Assembly (NCBI RefSeq): GCF_006345805.1
Contig: NC_042999.1
Location: 122,450,001 to 122,514,000, forward strand
Direction of reading: 5' to 3'
Length of the DNA: 64,000 bases
From: Octopus sinensis
Taxonomy: Eukaryota
Made by a program: the position numbers and the translations under genes. Positions 52,509-64,000 of the stretch are shown here, piece after piece; the stretch's first letter is position 1; each line of letters opens with the position of its first letter. Under the pieces are notes generated by a model that worked only from the letters and a program-made list of their open reading frames with translations, was not told the origin of the DNA and did no database searches.

Positions 52509-52844
52509 GTAAGAGCCATGCAATGTCTTTTAAAAATGCTTCCTATTTTTAGTTGTATACATTTTTAATTACTTATATGAAAAAATATATATGAAGAAAA
52601 GTAAAGACTATTGCCTTATGGAAGATTTTACTTCCATTGCATTTAATAGAAGAATCCCTGTTAAAGCATTGCTCTAACCCTTAACAGTTTTTAGATTGTG
52701 CATGTGGTCATTCAAAAGTTGTTTCCCTCTGTTATGGGATTAAAAGAGCTTCTATCATAATTCATTCCATATATAAACCAAGTTTCATTTGAAATATTTA
52801 TAGAATACTGAGTGTCAACATGTTCTTGCAAAGTGTATATTTTT

Positions 52845-53467
52845 TTGCCAACAAAGCACGCAGAGTTCTGTTCTTGATTAGACAATCATTTGGAATGCTC
52901 ACAGCAGCCATATTCCTACCGCTCTAAGTCATGCTGGTGAGAACCATATTGGAGTACAGGATTCAAGCCTCTTCTCCTTGTCTCCTCAAAGACATACAGC
53001 ATCTCGAAAGAGTCCAGAAGCTGGCTACCCGCATGGTTCTTGGTCTCGAGAATTTGTCTTATGAAGAAAGGCTGAAGACGCTCGACCTTTATTCTCTAGA
53101 AAAACGACGACGCCGTGGTGATCTCATTCTTGCTCACAACATCATAAGCGGAAAGTGTAACCTCTCGAAAGAGCTGTTCTTCACTCCTGCTCCAGAGCGT
53201 CGGCTGCGGTGTCATTCCGAAAAGCTCTATTTGCGACAATTTCATCTCAATCGAAGGAGAGGGGCTTTCTCTGTCCGGGTTGCGGATCCATGGAATAAGC
53301 TGCCGGACGAGATGGTGAAGATGCCGACGACCACTCAGTTCAAAGTCTCCCTTGACCACAAGTGGCCTGAACTCTTTACATGAACACTACTCTGTACATA
53401 ATTCCATGTCCCCCTACATGGCCTTGCTTTTTGCTTTTTGAGCCAAAAAATTAACTAACTAACTAAC
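52845..53467 (+). pseudogene. CR1/L2-like LINE 3' end, 5'-truncated, with (ACTA)n tail
   Basis: ANKARRVLFLIRQSF..LVRTILEY..LERVQKLATRMV..LSYEERLKTLDLYSLEKRRRRGDLI..FSVRVADPWNKLP; tail ttaactaactaactaac at 53451-53467. Confidence 0.9.
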
Positions 53468-53606
53468 ATGAAGATCTTTCTATTTAAGGTGCTTTGCATC
53501 TCAGTCTTGCATTGAAGCCAAAAAATTACTTTACGTAAGGAGTCGCTATTACCATACACTATTATTTGAAGCTTATAACTTTGGACAAGTTCCTATTAAC
53601 ATTTTA

Positions 53607-53607
53607 G

Positions 53608-53656
<49 letters not shown>

Positions 53657-54072
53657 TTATTTCGCAGAGCTCTTGATTTCACCTGCTTTTGCTAATTCTG
53701 TAATAGCGAACCTGTTGTCAAGGGTATCATTGGGTCCTCTTTGACAGTACTTAACATTCAATTACCAATCTCAAAATCCTTATTGTCTCCAATAAAGCAG
53801 TTTTTTGAGCATGTTCTTCCCTCATGTTGATCCCAATTTCTCCAACAAATTTCTCAAATCTAGCTGTTAATATTCCCAATGCCTCTATAACTAATGAAAT
53901 AACAGTTACTTCTGTCATTGACTCTATTCATGCAATCTCATCTTTTAGTAGCTTGTACTTCACAATCGTTTCCAGTTCTTAATCATCCATTCGTACATCC
54001 TCAGGTATAGCAATATCTATGATCTTAGTTTCCTTCATGATTTTATCAACTGCAACAATTTCTGGTCTTCAA
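53607..54072 (-). pseudogene. Dong/R4-clade LINE 3' end (restriction-like endonuclease) with (AAT)n tail
   Basis: RPEIVAVDK..TKIIDIAIPED..KYKLLKDEI..VISLVIEALG..AQKTALLETIRILRLV* (54068-53751) matches RPD..IIDIA.P..KY..L..E..IGALG..QK.ALLGT.RILR. Confidence 0.85.
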
Positions 54073-54205
54073 GCATTATTATTATTATCATTATCATTTT
54101 CTTTCAATTCTGTTTCCATTTCTCACCAAGTGTCTTCCTGACACCTAGGGCAGAGAAACTCACTGTATACATTAGTAGGCTATTAAAATAAACACACCGT
54201 GTTGT

Positions 54206-54288
<83 letters not shown>

Positions 54289-54305
54289 ATAATAATAATA
54301 ATGAT

Positions 54306-54840
54306 GCAGTACCAGGCAGTGGCTCTCATGGCTTCTGATCTTAACTGATTGGAAATGTTATCATGTACATTGTTTTGTCTTGGTATAAAAGATGGGCTAC
54401 AGCAAATATTCTGTTCAATACAACAGATTTGCTTGTCAGTTGTTTGACCTTAACCAGTTGACCATGTCTCTTAGTGGCTGATGATATGTGCATCTCTGAT
54501 CACACGCAGAAGTAGTGAGGGAGCATCATAGCCATGTGCTGAAAGGAATTCTTAGAGCTTTCGATAATTCACCTTTGGAAACATGGGTGGTTCGTTCAAC
54601 ATCCTTAAACAATCCTTATTCAGGGACCTTTTGAAAATTCTAACTGGGCCCCATCTGTAAGGTCATGCGCGGTTTATATTGATATGAGATCACCATGTCA
54701 CGCACATATGGTTGTGATGCATGTGCCTGGTGTACCCTTATCAAACGGATAATCATGATGGGTATACTGGGCTTTGTATATTTTACCTCAGTGTCACTTT
54801 GATGGCATGCAATGCTCTCTCAGTCAATAATAATAATAAT
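54306..54840 (+). repeat. ~530-bp interspersed repeat with (AAT)n tail, class unresolved
   Basis: GC-elevated block bounded by (ATT)n/(AAT)n arrays; recognised as an abundant octopus-type repeat from memory only. Confidence 0.5.
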
Positions 54841-56010
54841 AATTTTCATTCATGAACATCATCATCATTAACTTTTCTTTATGTAAATTTTGTTATCTGG
54901 TGTTCTGAAGGAGACTTACTCATTGTTATTAGGCTGATAACATTAAATATATTGATTCTACACTTGGAGAAAAAAACTCCAGATGTATAAGGCAATTGTT
55001 GAGAATATGTAATGCTTGAGATTTTCTCATGGGTATTGGTGATTAAGTGAAGTGAGAAAGTTACAACTGAGATTAAAATTTTGCAATGAAGATTTGTCTT
55101 ACTTGCTGCTTACGTCCTCACTCCTACAATAATTAATATAAAATTGAAAGTTATAATTTAACTGTAAGAATCTTTATAATATATTAAAAGATAAAGGAGG
55201 GAATATTACTTGCAACATAATAGATTATACAACACTACAAATGTAAGAAAATATTTTAAAAAAATTTTTAATAAAAAATGGCAAAAAGAAAACAGTTTTC
55301 TTTATCTCGTAAAAGTATCACTAATATCTTGTTTCTCATGAAATACATGATACTATTTTCAACATTCAGTGAAAATAAATTGGAAATTGTCCCCACACTT
55401 GAAAGCAATGGAGAGAGATGTTATATGAATGCAAACTGCAAGTGCTGTGTTCTTTATGGTGAAATAAAAACTTGGAATCTTATTGCAGTTAGTTATCATT
55501 GTAAAATATTTCTGCCAAGTAAAATGTGATCTACAACATCAAAAGACTATTACTATTCTTTTTCTAAATAACATTCAGAATTAAAGATAAATTAATCATT
55601 CTGAACGCAGATTAAGGACAGTGATGATTCTTTTACTCTTATTGGTATTAGTCAGTGATTGTGGTCATGCAGGGCATTGATTTCAAAAGTCTTTGTTGAT
55701 TATATTGAATGCAGTAATTAGGTCCAATCTGTTGCTTATTTTATTGATCTACATTTATCAAACTGCTTTTGACACAACATACACTTTACACTAACAAACA
55801 CAAACAAATATTTGACCAGTGACATGAGCATACATTTTACACACACGTTTGTGTGTGTGTGTGTTATATACTGAAAGAGAAAACTACAAGAAGAGCATTT
55901 GTATTATAGAGCATGTTTTTTTTTCTCTATTGTTAGAAGATCCCAGAATACATAATAAAGAAATTCTGACAGTTTAACTCACGAATTTTGCTCTTTCTCA
56001 TCTCTCATTT

Positions 56011-56079
<69 letters not shown>

Positions 56080-56130
56080 CATATATATATATATAATATA
56101 TATATATATATTATATATATAAATACATAA

Positions 56131-56340
56131 TAAATATAAGAGAGTGGTCACTATATGGCTCACTCTAGCACCAGTTAATCCAAAAGGTTTCAACCACAAA
56201 AATACATGTTTCCCATGAAAGTCAGTACGATTGTTAGCAATCGTACTGACTTTCATGGGAAACATGTATTTTCGTGGTTGAAACCTTTTGGATTAACTGG
56301 TGCTAGAGTGAGCCATATAGTGACCACTCTCTTATATTTA
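56131..56340. repeat. 210-bp spacerless palindrome
   Basis: Arms of 105 bp centred between 56235 and 56236; only two mismatched pairs seen. Confidence 0.95.
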
Positions 56341-57547
56341 TTTTGTAAAAATATTATAATATGTTATAAAATATTATAATAATCCAGGTTTCTCGGAGCA
56401 CTAGGCCACTTGGTGTTGAATAGATATACTATTAAATTAGTATCTAATTCTCTCACCCTTATTAATTAATTATATATAAATACATATATATATAAATATA
56501 CCTATACATATAAGCATGTGTGTGTAGTTAAAATATATTTGGTTGATAGCACAATTGACTTTGTATGTGCAATGCATTAAAAGTATAGTAACAAAGAACG
56601 AACTGAAATACAAAGTTCCATTTATAAAATAATACAAATCACCCTGTCTACTTGCCAACATTCATTTAATCTCAGTACTTGTTACATTATCTGACACAGC
56701 AAAAATCAGATGAACGCAAATTGTCATTACAAATATAGGTTCACCTCCCTGAATAAATTATATGTTTGTGAGGTGCTTATGAAAATTACATGTTACATGG
56801 ATGTCAGAATATTCACCAGTTTTGCTAGTAACATTCCAAAGAGAATAGAGTAATTGGGTAGTAATATTTGACAGAGTTACACAAAATAAATTGTGCGAAT
56901 TTATTGAACACATTAATATTTCTACATCCAGGTCTGTTATTTTTGCTGCTCCTTCTGTGCTTAATCAATAAGTATTGTGACTAGCACAATTTTTAAACTC
57001 AGAACAAGAATGAAGCAAATCTAGCATGATGCATGTATTAAATTCTTTAAGTCACCATTATGTTACCGCTTCAACTGAAATGTAATTGAAAAAATCCAAT
57101 TATTTCAATTGATTACTGGTTTACTGTTCATATAAACATTCAAAACCGGTTTTGCAATATTAAAACAAAGCTTTGAAAAAAGGAAATTAGAATATCTTTG
57201 ATGAAGAAGAGGGTAAAGATATCACTTTAAAATCACATTTATTCCTTGGTTACTGGTAAGAAACGAATCTTGTTTGACATCTACATTAGCATGCAACTTG
57301 TGTAGATAATGGTGTCAGGAAGAATTTTTTCTTACTGACATTGAAGCAAACTATGATTAGAATAAGTTATACTTTGATCATGCTGTATCTAAACTTGGAG
57401 AACAACATTTTGAAAATTAAGTTTAAAAAATATTTTCTTTTGGAAAATCAATTTTATTTTAACAATTCAACATCATGTATTAGTATTTCAAATATTAAAC
57501 TTAATTCAAATTCAACCATGAGAGCATAATTGAATGTGTGTGTGTGC

Positions 57548-57585
<38 letters not shown>

Positions 57586-58216
57586 CATCATCATCTTTAG
57601 TAAACAAATAATGCAAAGCTCAAACATCACTACATACATTTCAATAGTATGGTTATTAACAATGCAAAATATGTTACATAACATTACATAATTCTACATT
57701 ATTTCTTAACCACCCCATTTCATCAGGTGATATTCAGCTTTTTGTTGACAAAATACTGTCAATTCATAAAGGTAAAAATATTTATAAATAGACTGGTGAA
57801 AAGCAAGATTTCTAACAAATAAGGGTTTTATTAAGGCTTGCAACTAATCAAACATCACATTTTCAAAGGCGACTATGAGCTAGCACATGACACCATTAAC
57901 TTAGTTACATTTGTTGATAAATAATTATGCTACTGAAATGCATGTTGTAGTGTTTTGAGTTTATGTGTTTACTTAATGATACACTGCATAATATGTATCA
58001 ATTATAGCATTGATTCATAAATAGATAAATAGATTTATGGGATGTCTGACACCAGAACACAACTATTTAACTTTGTATAAACTGTTATGTTGACCAGTTG
58101 AAGGATAAGGAATAGTTATGATTTCTCTCAGAATAACCTTTTTGTCTTAATATGTGGAGGTGCTTTTTGGTTAATTTTCCAAAATCTGACTGCTTGATTC
58201 CCATTGCATTATATAT

Positions 58217-58348
58217 AGGTAGGTAGGTAGGTAGGTAGGTAGGTAGGTAGGTAGGTAGGTATGTATGTATGTATGTATGTATGTATGTATGTATGTATGT
58301 ATGTATGTATGTATGTATGTATGTATGTATGTATGCATGCATGCATGC
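58217..58348. repeat. Compound tetranucleotide microsatellite (AGGT)11(ATGT)18(ATGC)4
   Basis: Direct reading. Confidence 0.95.
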
Positions 58349-58547
58349 ATGTATACTTCTACATTTGTCTCAGTGATGTTCCACTAACTTATAAAGTGCA
58401 CTGAGACGACTTTGTAGAGAAGACAATGTCTCAGTCTTACAAACCTTATTCTTATCCCAGCAAGAGAGAATCGCAAAATGGATTCTACAACCTGCAGAAG
58501 ACTCATGGGTAGATCAAGAATATAATTTATCAATAATATCCATAGAC

Positions 58548-58966
58548 TCAACTGGCAGAAGTCTTAATTTCGTCCATCTTTACCTTCAGAGTTCAAATTC
58601 TACCGAGGTCAACTTTGCCTTTCATCATTTTAGGGTTGATAAAGTATGTACCAGCTAAGCACTGGGACTTGATATAATTGACTTATCCCCTCCTTTGAAC
58701 TTGCTGGTCATGTGCCAAAATTTGAAAACAATATTAAGAACCATCAAGGTGGTAAGGTAACAGAATCATTAACGTGCCAGACGAAATGTTCAGCAGCATT
58801 TTGTCCATCTTTATATTCTGAGTTCACATCCTGCTGAGGTCAACTTTGCCTTTCATCCTTTTGGGGGTCGGTAAAATAAGTACTAGTTGAACACTGGGGC
58901 TGATGAAATTGACTTGCCCCTTTCCCTGAACTTAATGGCCTTATGCCAAAATTTGAGACCAATATT
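58548..58966 (+). mobile_element. Two tandem SINE family B copies (58548-58735, 58746-58966)
   Basis: Both carry gagttca.at.ct..gaggtcaactttgcctttcatc and end ccaaaatttga.a.caatatt. Confidence 0.85.
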
Positions 58967-61700
58967 GAGAAGCATCATTTTTCAATTTTCAAAACTGTAA
59001 ACTTTCTGTTAAACAAATGTAAACAACATTTATAACGTTTGTTAACATGAAACTAAAGAAAATAGTAAGCAAAACGACATTAGTAACATTAATTAGAAAC
59101 AAGTTTTACATTAGAAATTGAATTATTTCATGGTAATAAACATCTAGAAAAAAATCCTTATCAATTACTAAAATTGATGCATCATGCTTCCAATCTAATC
59201 TTCAGTTCAAGAGTAGAAAATAAATACTAAAAAAAAAACACTAAGAATCATTTAAATAACAACTTTATTTCAAATGTAGTATAAAATTTAGTAAAATAGG
59301 TGCTACCTTACCTAATGCAAGGAATCAAAAAAAGTTTTAATTAATTAAAATTATATCCATAATAAGAACTAATTATCATTTTAATAGCTACATCTGGTCA
59401 AGAAATATAAGGGGAAAACTGTGAGAATTAAGATTAAAACAGATTACAGTAAGAAGTGAGTCTATTTGGTTGTACATTGACCACTATGAACGTTTTTGTT
59501 GTTTTAGACCATGTCAAATCATAGTCTAAAAATTAATACAGATCTTAAATGATGAGAGAATTATATAGGATTTTTGTGAATTAACACCCAGTGATGTTAT
59601 AGATTAAAAGAAAGAGTGGGGAGTAGAAAATAACTAGAGCTGTGTTCTGCATGAGAAACAATTATAGTAATGTGAGCATTACAATGCTTAATGTAGTAAA
59701 CCAAGAAATTTAATTTAATAAAATTACATCCATGGTGAAAAGAACCAACCATACACTTAATGGCTAACTCTGGCCAAGAAACACATAAGAAACAGCTTAT
59801 TGAATTTTAATTATTGAGAATTAATTAGAAACATTATGCAGGGGAGAATGAATCTGTTCACTGGGATGACAACTCCAGGCATGTTTTACTATTATTAGAC
59901 ATCCTCAGTGAAGACTAATTTTAACATCGTTGGTTTCTTTTCTATTAATTGCCTCCATATTTGTTTAAAGTCTAATCACCAAATTTTATTGTATTTCTCT
60001 TTCTCTGGGGTAGAGAAAGTACCAGTATTATGCAGTGATCAAATCTTTGCACTCAACGAAGATAATTAAAAAATTATTTGTTTAATATATCTGAAGAAAC
60101 CAAGAAAAATGCTGAAAATAAAATCGAGATTTAAAATTATTTATCTTAGCAAAGTTTTTAAACCATTATGATAAAATGTAATTGAATACCCACTGCAAAA
60201 AGTGTCAAAGATGCGTCAAATTTTCACATAACTCATATACTTTTAGAACTAGGGTTTACATTTATACTTTTTGCATACTTATTTTTTCATGAAATGAAAA
60301 GCAAAAATCTTTAGAGAATAATAACTGTTTTACCAATTTCATTATGACATGTTATTGATTGTAAAAATATCATTTACAATATTAAGCACTTTGAGACACA
60401 TGCATAGGTAACGATCTGCAAATTCCTGATGGATATAATTTGATATTCAGTATCATGTGTTTCTAAATAGAATGTTACTACCTATTAATTTCCAAGGAAA
60501 GCTCACCTATAAGTTATGAGATAAACATCAAAAAATAGTTAAGAATGTTTTACTTCTATTGAGACATTATAAGTTCAATATATCAACATATGAAAGCAGA
60601 AGTAAAGATCATTTCAGAGTAACATTTGCAATATTAATGTGTTTATAAAATATCAAAAAAACTTTTTCATTTGAGCTCAGTGTGTACTCCTCCAAAGAAA
60701 TGTCAGTATCTACAAGTTTGTTTCTGTATTTTAGTTAATTCTGCTAAATAAATGTTAGTAATATTTTTCAGCTAAAAATACAAGTATGAAAACGAATTAA
60801 CTAAAATATTCATAAAATCAATGTATTTTTTTAAGAAACAGTACTGCTATATATTCTATGACAAAACCAATGAAAGAAAGAAGAGAAAGCAATTTATCAA
60901 TGCTGAAATCTAATGATAAGTAAGAGAGTATCTAGCACTTAAACTGCGATTTGTTTGATTGCAGCAGTTCTAAAACTATTAAATGAAGATATTGTCTCAT
61001 AATGTTACTAGGATTGTTAGTATTGTTCATCTTAGGGATATTATTTCTCTCACACATGAAGTAAAAAAATACTTCATTAAAATTTTTAGAAAATTTAAAT
61101 TTTAAACCAAATAAAGTATATTGCTTTTTCAAAAAGATGTTTAATGTCAAGTTGGCTATAGAATTTTTTAAAAAATGAATATTTTCTGTTTTCCTATATA
61201 CACATATGTATTCTTTTATAGGTTTAATTTTTTTAAATATATTAATAGTTTTAATATTTTTTAATATATCTATGATGGAATTCAAGAGAATATATTTCAT
61301 AAATTTTACTTTATTGCAGAATAATTTTAGGAAATATACTATGTAACTAAAAGAATACTACTTTATTTTATTTTCCTGCTGAAGTTTGTGATTATTTAAT
61401 ACATTTAACTTCATTATAATAATTTGTAGTATCTCTATGGTTGCAAATATGTCTCCCTAAAGGGGAAACATTAATAAACTGAAAGAGAAGTAGTGGTTGA
61501 TATGCACATTTTACTGCTTTATACTGCTGCACAATAAGTTAAGATAATTGACTTTAATTACTTTAGTGTTAACTTATTTTTATATCACAGTACTGATGGA
61601 CCATATATGCATTATCAACATTATCATCATTGTTATCATCGCCATCTATCTACTACGACTTACACTTAGATTGGGCATATGCTGCAAATCATATTCTTAT

Positions 61701-61930
61701 TTCTTTATTGCCCACATGGGGCTAAACATAGAGGGGACAAACAAGGACAGACAAAGGGATTAAGTCGATTACATCGACCCCAGTGAGTAACTGGTACTTA
61801 ATTTATTGACCCCGAAAGGATGAAAGGCAAAGTCAACTTTGGTGGAATTTGAACTCAGAACATAAAGACAGACGAAATAGCATGAAGCATTTCACCTGGC
61901 ATGCTAACGTTTCTGCCAGCTTGCTGCCTT
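61701..61930 (-). mobile_element. SINE family B variant with a different 3' tail
   Basis: Minus strand ..gttcaaattccaccaaagttgactttgcctttcatcctttcggggtcaataaattaagtaccag..; tail cttgtttgtcccctctatgtttagccccatgtgggcaataaagaaa. Confidence 0.85.
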
Positions 61931-61949
61931 GCTGCATATCACATTCTAT

Positions 61950-63640
61950 CATCAGTTTTCTAAGTTTATCAGTAATTATGGTGCAATTGTCCTCCATCAG
62001 TGTCCTTATGATTTTGGAAGAATTCCAATAGTTTATTCTCCTAAGGTTCAGTTTCTGATTAATTACTTGGTTACTGGGCAGCTCAGAAATCTCTTTGGTC
62101 GACTGTGGAAACTTACCATAGGATTGCTTGTTAGTCAATTTCTGCATCCATTTTATAAAGAAAGTCGTTCGAAGGATTTGAGTGCAGCCTCTTTTAATGG
62201 CTAATGAAAGTCCAAGTTTCATACCCATAAAAGAGGTTTGTCTCAAATGTTGCTGTGAATACTCTCTTTTTGACCTTCATATAAATTAGTATATTTTCTG
62301 CAAAGCATCATAACACAGCGTACTGGCAAAATAGTTTTTGCTGGCAAAAAAAAAGCATTGATTAGAATGCCTAGCAGAATTTGTTCTGGGTAACTGTATT
62401 CTAAGTTCAAATTCTGCCAAGGTCAACTTTACCTTTCAGCATATCAGTGTCAGGAAATATAATATCAGCCCAGTATTGGGTTAATCTTCTGTCTGTCTTT
62501 CTTAATTGTGCTGGAACTCAAAGCCAGAGAATTTCATTAAGAGTAAATGTATCTGTGGAATACTCAGCTGCTTTATTTTACAATTCTAAGATAGTAACAT
62601 TATCACTATTCTTGCAACAAACTAGAACACTGGTCCATTTTAATTATAATACTCATTCTCAAATTTGGATTGCTGACCAAGACTGATAACTACCATGTTA
62701 TCAGTGTGAATGGAAGCCCTTGGCTTCAAGCTGGGGTACAACTAGAATGATTTCCACAAGAAGCAGACAAAAGTTGTTCAAATCTTAGTTCTTAATTTCC
62801 TATGTTGCAATTCAGTACATTCTGCAACTGAATGTGTATCACTGGAATCAATGGAAAATCCACATTAGCACCTTGATATCCCTCTCTAAGCCTGATGTTA
62901 ATTATCCAGAGTACTTTAAGTCAGAAACTCAGTTTAGCAAGGTGCCTGTAGTGCATGTTTAGCAACATTGTAGACCATGTCTTAAATGTTCATAGCATTA
63001 GGTGCAACCTGACTTTGTTGTACTCAATTTCTCTTCTTGACAAGAGGTCCTATGTACCTGAGATTTCTTGCAATAGCAATACAATATTGTGGAAAGTCTG
63101 TATCAGTCAGTGTCATCAAAACTATTCTCCTACATTTTCTTGATGTAAAGATAAAGCCTTGTTCCTCTTGGACTCCAGCTACTTGTTGGAAAATATAGTT
63201 CTGAACTATGATCAAGATGAAGTGCACCAACATCTCCTGGCTCACTTTGGTTTTACTGTGCCCTGGGCTCAGTCATTTCATGGCATTGATATCATATGGC
63301 CTCAATGGCTCCAAAGATAGGAGTCAGCATTTTGTATGCCTTCAAGATCTTTGTTATTCTATTCCTGTTGAAATGGATCAAATGAATTATTGATACTGAT
63401 AAGCATCAAAACAATGGGGCTTTTTAACTGTACTATTATTCTGCAAAGAACTAAGACTTGCACAACTTTTGTCTGCTTCTTGTGGGAAATATTTTGGTTG
63501 TATCTCAGCTTGAAGCCAAAGGCTTCCCTTCACACTGATACCATGATAGGTGTCAGTCTGGGTCAGCAATGCAGATTTGGGAATGGGTATTATATTTGAA
63601 AAGGACAACTGTTCTGCTTTGTTGCTGTCCTCAGAGCTGT
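61950..63640 (-). pseudogene. Old RTE-like LINE ORF2 remnant with internal insertion/inversion
   Basis: IIPIPK..YHGISV (63600); FILIIVQNYIFQQ..EEQGFIFTSRKCRRIVLMTLTDTDF (= PFLFIIVLDY..LTDLDFADD); LKYSG..DIKV; KRVFTATFETNLFYGYETW; TNKQSYGKFP. Confidence 0.75.
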
Positions 63641-64000
63641 GTCAGTATAACTTTTAGCAAGAGTAGTTATAATGTTACTATCTTAAAATTATAAAATAAA
63701 TACTTCTGATACTACAAAATATGAAAACAGATATTTGGATAAATTCAAAATCTATAAAGTTACATTCAAAGATGTCTAGAATTTTTATGAAGGAAGTTTT
63801 TGTAAGTTTTTTTTTAATACTTTTGTAACATTTTGGTAAAAGAGTGGGTATTCAACAATTATGAAACTTTGGCCTAGTTTAATATATTATTTCCTGATAC
63901 AGTTTTGTGAATTTAAAATGCAAATGGAAAGAAGATAGTATCACTTCATAAAAATATAACTGAAAGGAAGTTTAGTTCAGTATAAATACTGAACATCAGT

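Noticed and set aside
57190-57260. Open frame NIFDEEEGKDITLKSHLFLGY ending at GTAAGA
   Set aside because: No polypyrimidine tract upstream of the AG.
1003-61930. Recurring ~30-40 bp motifs resembling CRISPR repeats or tRNA genes
   Set aside because: They are dispersed SINE segments with no regular spacers; the heads do not fold as complete tRNAs.

Overview
AT-rich animal genomic DNA made almost entirely of intron-like or intergenic sequence, microsatellites and transposable elements. The repeat complement (tRNA-derived SINE families, RTE, CR1-like and Dong/R4 LINEs, mariner and piggyBac/hAT MITEs) is what I recognise from Octopus (cephalopod) genomes; that assignment is pattern recognition, not a search. 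Nearly all ORFs in the supplied track are microsatellite or shadow ORFs. The dominant feature is a near-intact, apparently full-length ~4.65 kb CR1-superfamily-like LINE on the minus strand (14395-19046). Its reconstructed ORF1 (~409 aa) has an unusual architecture: an N-terminal Myb/SANT-like (trihelix) domain, a polyQ/Pro-Ser linker and two tandem CCCH zinc fingers. Its ORF2 (APE endonuclease + RT) has no AUG before the catalytic residues and overlaps ORF1 in the -1 frame, with a U UUU UUA slippery heptamer and an adjacent hairpin, suggesting programmed -1 ribosomal frameshifting. Other notable items: a perfect AG|GTAAGT recursive-splice/RS-exon-like site with a 54-nt in-frame micro-exon (52455-52508), a 210-bp spacerless palindrome (56131-56340), two hammerhead-ribozyme-like remnants, and several foldback or inverted-repeat structures. 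No host gene could be named. No rRNA, genuine tRNA or CRISPR array was seen.
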